64,000 nt of DNA from an uncultured Verrucomicrobiae bacterium (GTDB lineage: Bacteria; Verrucomicrobiota; Verrucomicrobiia; Chthoniobacterales; JAFAMB01), in assembly GCA_963837955.1 (NCBI GenBank), contig CAWIPH010000002.1, positions 3,584,001 to 3,648,000 of the forward strand, given 5' to 3'. Under the pieces are notes generated by a model that searched no databases, was not told the DNA's origin, and worked only from the letters and a program-made list of their open reading frames with translations. Both the position numbers and the translations under genes were made by a program. How positions within the stretch are numbered: position 1 is the stretch's first letter; each line of letters starts with the position of its first letter. Of this stretch, positions 58,232 to 64,000 are shown piece after piece.

Positions 58232-58999
58232 TCACGTCGCGTGGAATCCGCCGTCGACCTGCAGTGCGAGCGCGTTCAACATACCGGCGCTGTCGCTCAG
58301 CAAGAAGCAGATCACGGACGCGATATCGCTACATTCCGCAAAACGATTGAGAGGTATACGTTGTAACATGGGTCCGCCCTTGGCCGGATCGCTCCAGGCG
58401 CGTTTACCCATCTCAGTCATTACCACAGTCGGGTTGACCGAATTAACCCGGACGCCGTATTCACCTAACTCTACCGCCATTACTTTTGTTAACTGATCCA
58501 ATCCGGCTTTGGACGTGCAATAGGCAGCGTGATCCGGTAGCGCTTGAAATGCCGCCATGCTCGAAACGTTGACGATGGCACCGGCTACACCGCGTCTGAT
58601 CATCTGCTTGGCAATCACCTGGCTCACGATGACAATGGCTCGGAGATTTACCGCCATGGTTGCGTCCCAGGCCTCTGGAGTCGTCTCCAGAAACGGCTGC
58701 AAAACCGCGATGGCAGCGTTGTTCACTAACAGATCGATGTCGCCCGCTTGCTCCGCAGCCCGTTTGGCGGCCACCGCATCGCCCAAGTCCGCAATGATAG
58801 TCTCGCAGCCTATCTCGTCCTGCAGGCTTTTCAGATCAGTTTCCGTACGACTGACGGCAACTACTTCGGCGTGATACTTAGCTAACATTACCGCCGTGTC
58901 ACGACCAATGCCCTTTCCTGCTCCGGTCACCAGCACCCGGCGATTTTTGAAATCAATGTTTACGGTAGAGGCCTCGAGGGACATCCCCGACTTTAACAT
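58232..58999 (-). CDS. SDR oxidoreductase, L-xylulose reductase (DCXR)-like
   Basis: TGAGKGIG, NNAA, YCTSK and the DCXR-type segment VNPTVVMT.MG...WSDP.K...ML.RIPL..FAE. Confidence 0.85.
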   Translation of the reverse strand: MLKSGMSLEASTVNIDFKNRRVLVTGAGKGIGRDTAVMLAKYHAEVVAVSRTETDLKSLQDEIGCETIIADLGDAVAAKRAAEQAGDIDLLVNNAAIAVLQPFLETTPEAWDATMAVNLRAIVIVSQVIAKQMIRRGVAGAIVNVSSMAAFQALPDHAAYCTSKAGLDQLTKVMAVELGEYGVRVNSVNPTVVMTEMGKRAWSDPAKGGPMLQRIPLNRFAECSDIASVICFLLSDSAGMLNALALQVDGGFHAT

Positions 59000-59037
59000 G
59001 AATTTCTCGTTGTCCAGAAAGATTCGGGCTGCGCGTT

Positions 59038-59147
59038 AGCTCGCCAAATACTCAGCGCTGGAACAATGCCCACGATCAGTAGGGCGAACGCTTTGGCCTG
59101 AGCCGCTCAGGGGTTCCCGGCTCAAATAAATTTTCGCCCTACCGGCG
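59038..59147. repeat. GTAG-type REP (about 1 unit)
   Basis: gtagggcgaacgc...ggctcaaataaattttcgccctacc, same family as 25284 and 51504. Confidence 0.85.
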
Positions 59148-59162
59148 CCCGAAGTTGCGCGA

Positions 59163-60143
59163 TCACACCGCAAAAAAGAAGCGCACGATATGAAAAAAAA
59201 TCGGCGCGGAAAACGACAACGAGTCTAACCGGTCCAATGCACCGCCATGTCCAGCGATCGCCCGGCCCCAATCTTTAGCTCCCAGACTTCGTTTAACCGC
59301 AGAAAGAACAAGGCCTCCGGCAAAACCGGCAACGACGATGAGCAGGGAGAAAGCAAATGCTTGGATCGGATTAAAAGGAGTGATCCACCACAGGAGACCG
59401 CCACACAGCGTAGCGCCGAGTCCGCCCCAAACTAAACCCTCCACAGTTTTGGAAGGACTGATCGTCCGCGCAATCGGTGTCCGACCAAACAGCTTGCCGA
59501 AGACATATTGGAGGACGTCGCTCACCTGGGTGACGAAAACCAAGAAAAATAGCAGCAGCCCGTTCTGTCTGGGGTAATTCGGAATCGTCAACAAAAACAG
59601 CGCCGGGGCGTGGCTGACACAATATACGGTCAGGATCAGACCCCATTGGGTCTTGGCGATCCGCTCTAGAAAATGCGACGTGTCTTGGCGAAGCACCGGA
59701 AAGATTGGAAGGATCAGGAAGCTGTAGACCGGCACCATAATCGCGAATAGCCCATACCAGTGCAACGCGATCAGCAAATACTGGAAAGGCAGCACGAGCA
59801 AGAACGCTACCGCCATTGCCATGTGGTCGCCGGTTTCAGTTATGGAGAGGGTGAGGAACTCCCGCAGCGCAAGAAAGGAACCAACCGCGAACAGAATTAC
59901 CGTGGCAGCCGATCCGAGCACAAACGAGAGAGCAAAAAGGGAAACCAGAATCCACCATGTGTTCAACCGGGCGACTAAGTTATCCAGAACGGCCTTGGTT
60001 TTTGGCTCCTGCCGATTCGGCAAAAAAGAACATAAGAAACGAGTGATCGCGGTGGCTAGGACCAGCAGCGTAAAAACAATGATAACTACTAGTCCGAATT
60101 TATCACCGGCGTTCGCGAGCAAGTCCGTGATCGCCTTGTTCAT
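59163..60143 (-). CDS. Phosphatidate cytidylyltransferase family protein (YnbB-like)
   Basis: SDVLQYVFGKLFG, ISPSKTVEG, SAVKR..G.KDWG..I.GHGG.LDRLDS. Confidence 0.9.
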   Translation of the reverse strand: MNKAITDLLANAGDKFGLVVIIVFTLLVLATAITRFLCSFLPNRQEPKTKAVLDNLVARLNTWWILVSLFALSFVLGSAATVILFAVGSFLALREFLTLSITETGDHMAMAVAFLLVLPFQYLLIALHWYGLFAIMVPVYSFLILPIFPVLRQDTSHFLERIAKTQWGLILTVYCVSHAPALFLLTIPNYPRQNGLLLFFLVFVTQVSDVLQYVFGKLFGRTPIARTISPSKTVEGLVWGGLGATLCGGLLWWITPFNPIQAFAFSLLIVVAGFAGGLVLSAVKRSLGAKDWGRAIAGHGGALDRLDSLSFSAPIFFHIVRFFFAV

Positions 60144-60407
60144 TTCGAACAAATGGAAGCGAACGAATAGGACGTCGCATCGATAAAAATAAACATCCAA
60201 TCGATTACACTGATACTTTCCGATCTACGGCTCAGCGCACCAATGAGTGACCGAAATGTCACGAAAAAGTAACAGTCCCGGGCGCTCACTTTCCGGAATA
60301 GCGGTTTATCGTGTCCAAGTTTCGGAGGTGAACCACCATCTGCGGACGAAAGAGCTCTTTATAACCGTGGCTGGCGGCGACCTTCAAAGACTAAACCCTC
60401 TAAAACT

Positions 60408-61478
60408 ATGTACAGAAGTACAAATGGATTCACGCCCTTCAAGGGCCTCAAAAAACTGGCGATCGCCTCGGTGATCGTTGCATCCGCCCTGTGCGCTGAA
60501 GCGCAAGTTGCGAACCTTCCGTATACCGTATCGCTTTTCGCGGCTGCGCCCGTTGGCCTAAGTAATCCGGATTCCATCACCATTGCGAATGGAAAGATCT
60601 ACGTTGTTTACGCGAACGGCACGCAGCCAGACGGTAGCGGCGGCTTTAGTTCCATCGTGGAATACACCCTGGACGGCGTAATGCAGCGCACCTTTAACGT
60701 ACTGGGGAAGGCCGACGGACTGAAGTTTAATCCCTTTACTCGTAAGCTTTGGGCGTTGCGGGACGAGGATTCCAATCCAGCCCTGACGACCATCGATCCA
60801 ATATCCGGAGAAGAAATCGACTATACTTACTCTCAGACGCCACCTCACGGCGGCGGCTATGATGACGTCGTCTTCTTCAAAGAAGATGAAACGTTCATCA
60901 GCGCTTCGAATCCCAATCCTCTCCAACCGCCGACACCGACTACACCAAACGGCCAAAATATTTTCCCTTCCATTGTCAAAGCGCACCTCTCCGGAAATCA
61001 GGTTTCTGCGCAACCCGTCCTGCAAGGTGACGCATCACTCATCGATATTGCGACAGGCCAGAAAGTTGTTGCCCAGCAGTCTGATCCGGACTCGCTGAAG
61101 GTCGATGCCGCAAACGACCTGGTCCTCTCCAGCCAAGCGGATGGCGACCTAATTTTTATCAACCATCCCGGAGCCAAGGACCAAGCTGGCCTACGCCTGC
61201 ACCTGAGCAACGGTACCGCCAACCAGATCACGGTTGATGACACTGTTTTCCCGACCACCCCGTCCGGAACCATTCTGGTCGTCGATACAAAGGCGGGCGC
61301 AGTTTATGCAGTAACGAGCGACGCGTTCCAACCGGGTGGAGCTTACTCGGCGAGTGACAGCGATGGCATTCTTGGCAAGGTGGATCTCAGTACCGGATTA
61401 GTAACTCCTATCGTCACCGGTATGCAGTCCCCACATGGCGCTCTGTTCATCCCGAAATCGCAAGACGACGTTCATTGA
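60408..61478 (+). CDS. Exported hypothetical protein (probable beta-propeller)
   Basis: Signal peptide ending AEAQ, with repeated PDS/DG/DD blade-like motifs and terminal SPHG. Confidence 0.7.
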   Translation: MYRSTNGFTPFKGLKKLAIASVIVASALCAEAQVANLPYTVSLFAAAPVGLSNPDSITIANGKIYVVYANGTQPDGSGGFSSIVEYTLDGVMQRTFNVLGKADGLKFNPFTRKLWALRDEDSNPALTTIDPISGEEIDYTYSQTPPHGGGYDDVVFFKEDETFISASNPNPLQPPTPTTPNGQNIFPSIVKAHLSGNQVSAQPVLQGDASLIDIATGQKVVAQQSDPDSLKVDAANDLVLSSQADGDLIFINHPGAKDQAGLRLHLSNGTANQITVDDTVFPTTPSGTILVVDTKAGAVYAVTSDAFQPGGAYSASDSDGILGKVDLSTGLVTPIVTGMQSPHGALFIPKSQDDVH

Positions 61479-61659
61479 TTCACGATCAGGCGACAGACAG
61501 GTGACAATAGTTCTTGAGGAAGCGGAGGTGGCAGCGTTTGCCGCGCTACTACAGAACAATTGAGCCTGGATTTCGCATGAGGAGAAAAATCTACCGCGGT
61601 GGCAGCTTGAACTCTCAAGCTGCCCGCGGAACAAAGACCAGACACCCCTTCGTGCCTCT

Positions 61660-64000
61660 CTAGTCCGCTTCAAGTAAATTGGAAATCTCTTCCAGGGTAA
61701 GCCCGGTCATCAACGGCTCTTCGCTCTCGACGGTCGCATCGATGATTTCGCGCTTTTTGTTTTGCAAGGCCAAGATCTTCTCTTCGACGGAGTCTCGGGC
61801 AATGAGCTTGTAGGAAGTGACCACCCGTTCTTGTCCGATCCGATGCGCGCGATCGGTGGCTTGATCTTCGACGGCCGGATTCCACCAAGGATCGAAATGA
61901 AATACGGTGTCGGCGGCCGCCAAATTCAAGCCGACCCCGCCTGCCTTCAAACTAATCAAGAAAACGGGGATGTCCGACCGGTTTTGGAATTGGTCCACCA
62001 CTGCGGCCCGATCTTTCGTTGATCCATCAAGATAGCAATACGGAATATCTAAACTATCGAGCTCCGGCCGGATCAACTTCAGCATGGTGACAAACTGGCT
62101 AAAGATTAGTACCCGATGGCCTCCGTCGATCGCTTCCTCCAGCAGCTCCAATAAAAGATCGAGCTTAGCGGACCGAGCCTCGGACTCGCGACCAAGCAAG
62201 CGTACATCACAGCATGCTTGCCTGAGTCGCAACAGCGTGGTCAGCATGGTCATTCGGGCTTGATTACTACCCTTCTCTTTCGCCAAGAGATCCAGCTTCC
62301 TCCGGCCTTCTGCCTGCAGCTTCGCGTAGAGCTCCCTTTGTTCGTCGGAAAGATCGCAAAAAGCGGTCTGTTCCAATTTTGCCGGAAGATCCTGAAGCAC
62401 ATCTCTCTTCAGCCGGCGAAGCATGACCGGTCGTAGGCGCTTGGCCAGTCGTTGCCGCTCCGGTTCTGACCCGCGATTGATGGGGAGTTCGTAACGTTCC
62501 CGGAACTCTTCCCGTGAACCCAGATACCCGGGCAGCACGAAATTCATAATCGACCAAAGATCGCGCACGGAATTTTCCACCGGAGTTCCGGTGAGAACAA
62601 ATCGCTGTTCGCCTCGCAAGGCCGTAGCGGCCTGTGCGTTCTGAGTGTTTGGATTTTTGATGTGAGTGGCCTCATCCAAAATAATCGCGCCAAAATGAAA
62701 AGGCCGATAGAAATCAATGTCTCGCCGCAGGAGCGGATAGCTGGTCACCACCAAATCGTGTTGCGGAATCAAAGGAAAGCGCGAGCTGCGGTCGGATCCG
62801 TCAATCGAAAGCACTTTCAACTCGGGAACAAATCGCTCGACTTCCCGTCGCCAGTTGAAAAGGAGTGAGGCCGGACAGACAACCAGCGATGGAGTCGCCG
62901 CAGTGCGCAAATAGGCCAAAATCTGCAAGGTTTTTCCGAGCCCCATTTCGTCGGCCAAGATTCCTCCGAGCTGGTTCTCGCGAAGGAAATGTAGCCAATA
63001 AACTCCTTCCTTCTGATAGGGGCGTAAGATCGCGTCCAAGCTTCCCAGAGATACCGGCGTTAGCGGTTTCAGCTGTTTCTGCGCCGCCGTCCAATCTTGC
63101 CAACCATGATCGCCAACAACCCGGGCGCCGGCTTCACTGGCGGCAGCGTCAAGAAATCCTGCTTGACTGCGGGGAATGCGGTATCGCCCCGGCTGCGTTT
63201 GATGCGGATCGCAATCCCGAAGCACAGCTTCAATTTCCGCGATGTCGTCGGGGTTAAAAACAGCCGATGTGCCGTCGCGCAATTTAGTCGAGTTCTGGCC
63301 GGACTGGAGCAGGCGTTGAATCTCCGCATTCGAAAAACGATCCCCGCGGGTCGATTCCAACGAGTATGAGAGTTCAAACCAATCTACTCCGGAAGCCAGG
63401 ATCTCGAACCGAGGGGAGATGTGTTCGACGCCGCGGGTCACGTTCGCGAACTGACTCCCAATTGAGACCTTCCAACTTTTCTGCAAATGCGGCAGTACTC
63501 GTGCGAAAAAACCCAGGATCGCATTTTGTCCTTTTAACGTAAAATCACCGGTCGGAGCGGGACCTTGAAATCCGGCCAGGCGAATTTCGTCTAAGCATCG
63601 TTTCTCAAATTGCGGATTGCGGGACGCCCTGCCTTCTACCGACTCGTAAACGAAGTTCTCCGATGAGGCGGACGCGCCCATCGTGATCATCCGTTTGCCA
63701 TACAAGAATTGCAGTTTCGCCTTCAGAAAGTTGAGTGAGCCTTCAAACGTCGCGAACACCTCGGGCACGCCCGGTCTGATCGGCGCAGGAGCAGCGATCG
63801 AGTCAACCGCGAAGAACGACTTCAAGGCCGACAATTCGTGGGCTAGGAAATTGTCGCCCTGTTCCGGAGACAAAGTGATCGCCTCACGCAATATCTGTAA
63901 ATACGATGCTGGGAGTCCCGGCGAAATGGGTCGAAATTTTTTCCCGATCCAACCCCAAGCGGAAAGCGGCCCGCTCAGCACTGAGACGTCCGGTCCCAAA
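61660..64000 (-). CDS. SNF2-family helicase/ATPase (5' end beyond the window)
   Basis: LRPYQ, LADEMGLGKT, DEA..IKN, LTGTPVEN, FSQF, SLKAGGVGLNL and QATDRAHRIGQ. Confidence 0.94.
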   Translation of the reverse strand, partial: LGPDVSVLSGPLSAWGWIGKKFRPISPGLPASYLQILREAITLSPEQGDNFLAHELSALKSFFAVDSIAAPAPIRPGVPEVFATFEGSLNFLKAKLQFLYGKRMITMGASASSENFVYESVEGRASRNPQFEKRCLDEIRLAGFQGPAPTGDFTLKGQNAILGFFARVLPHLQKSWKVSIGSQFANVTRGVEHISPRFEILASGVDWFELSYSLESTRGDRFSNAEIQRLLQSGQNSTKLRDGTSAVFNPDDIAEIEAVLRDCDPHQTQPGRYRIPRSQAGFLDAAASEAGARVVGDHGWQDWTAAQKQLKPLTPVSLGSLDAILRPYQKEGVYWLHFLRENQLGGILADEMGLGKTLQILAYLRTAATPSLVVCPASLLFNWRREVERFVPELKVLSIDGSDRSSRFPLIPQHDLVVTSYPLLRRDIDFYRPFHFGAIILDEATHIKNPNTQNAQAATALRGEQRFVLTGTPVENSVRDLWSIMNFVLPGYLGSREEFRERYELPINRGSEPERQRLAKRLRPVMLRRLKRDVLQDLPAKLEQTAFCDLSDEQRELYAKLQAEGRRKLDLLAKEKGSNQARMTMLTTLLRLRQACCDVRLLGRESEARSAKLDLLLELLEEAIDGGHRVLIFSQFVTMLKLIRPELDSLDIPYCYLDGSTKDRAAVVDQFQNRSDIPVFLISLKAGGVGLNLAAADTVFHFDPWWNPAVEDQATDRAHRIGQERVVTSYKLIARDSVEEKILALQNKKREIIDATVESEEPLMTGLTLEEISNLLEAD

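Noticed and set aside
60260..60400. Possible riboswitch upstream of the exported protein (ggaggtgaaccacc)
   Set aside because: Only a fragmentary likeness to ZTP/pfl-type elements. Conserved cores and a terminator are not evident.
61660..64000. SNF2 helicase as part of an anti-phage system
   Set aside because: It resembles the ordinary SWIM/SNF2-type bacterial helicase, and no defence genes are adjacent within the window.

Overview
A 64-kb bacterial chromosomal window of about 55-57% GC by eye. Protein style and the dense GTAG-type intergenic palindromes suggest a soil Verrucomicrobium, but this is an impression, not a taxonomic result. It holds housekeeping genes (putA, ileS-lspA, CCA-adding enzyme, tRNA-Arg(UCU), SNF2 helicase), a sugar ABC transporter, csoR-copA, a TetR-EmrAB efflux unit, an acetoacetate/short-chain acid cluster and several interspersed repeat families. 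No integrase, transposase, phage or CRISPR-Cas was found. Three features stand out. (1) A 12-kb inositol (iol) operon has no iolC kinase, iolJ aldolase or iolA, but carries a translationally coupled split transketolase and a non-IolA aldehyde dehydrogenase. This suggests an undescribed kinase-free route from 5-deoxy-fructuronate via malic semialdehyde to D-malate. In this genome iolE is reduced to a deletion scar. (2) A Re-citrate-synthase-like enzyme is divergent from an HTH-(Si)-citrate synthase fusion, with a palindromic operator between them. (3) An unannotated attenuator-like leader controls a 52-aa small ORF coupled to the CCA-adding enzyme gene. All product calls come from motif recognition, not database searches.
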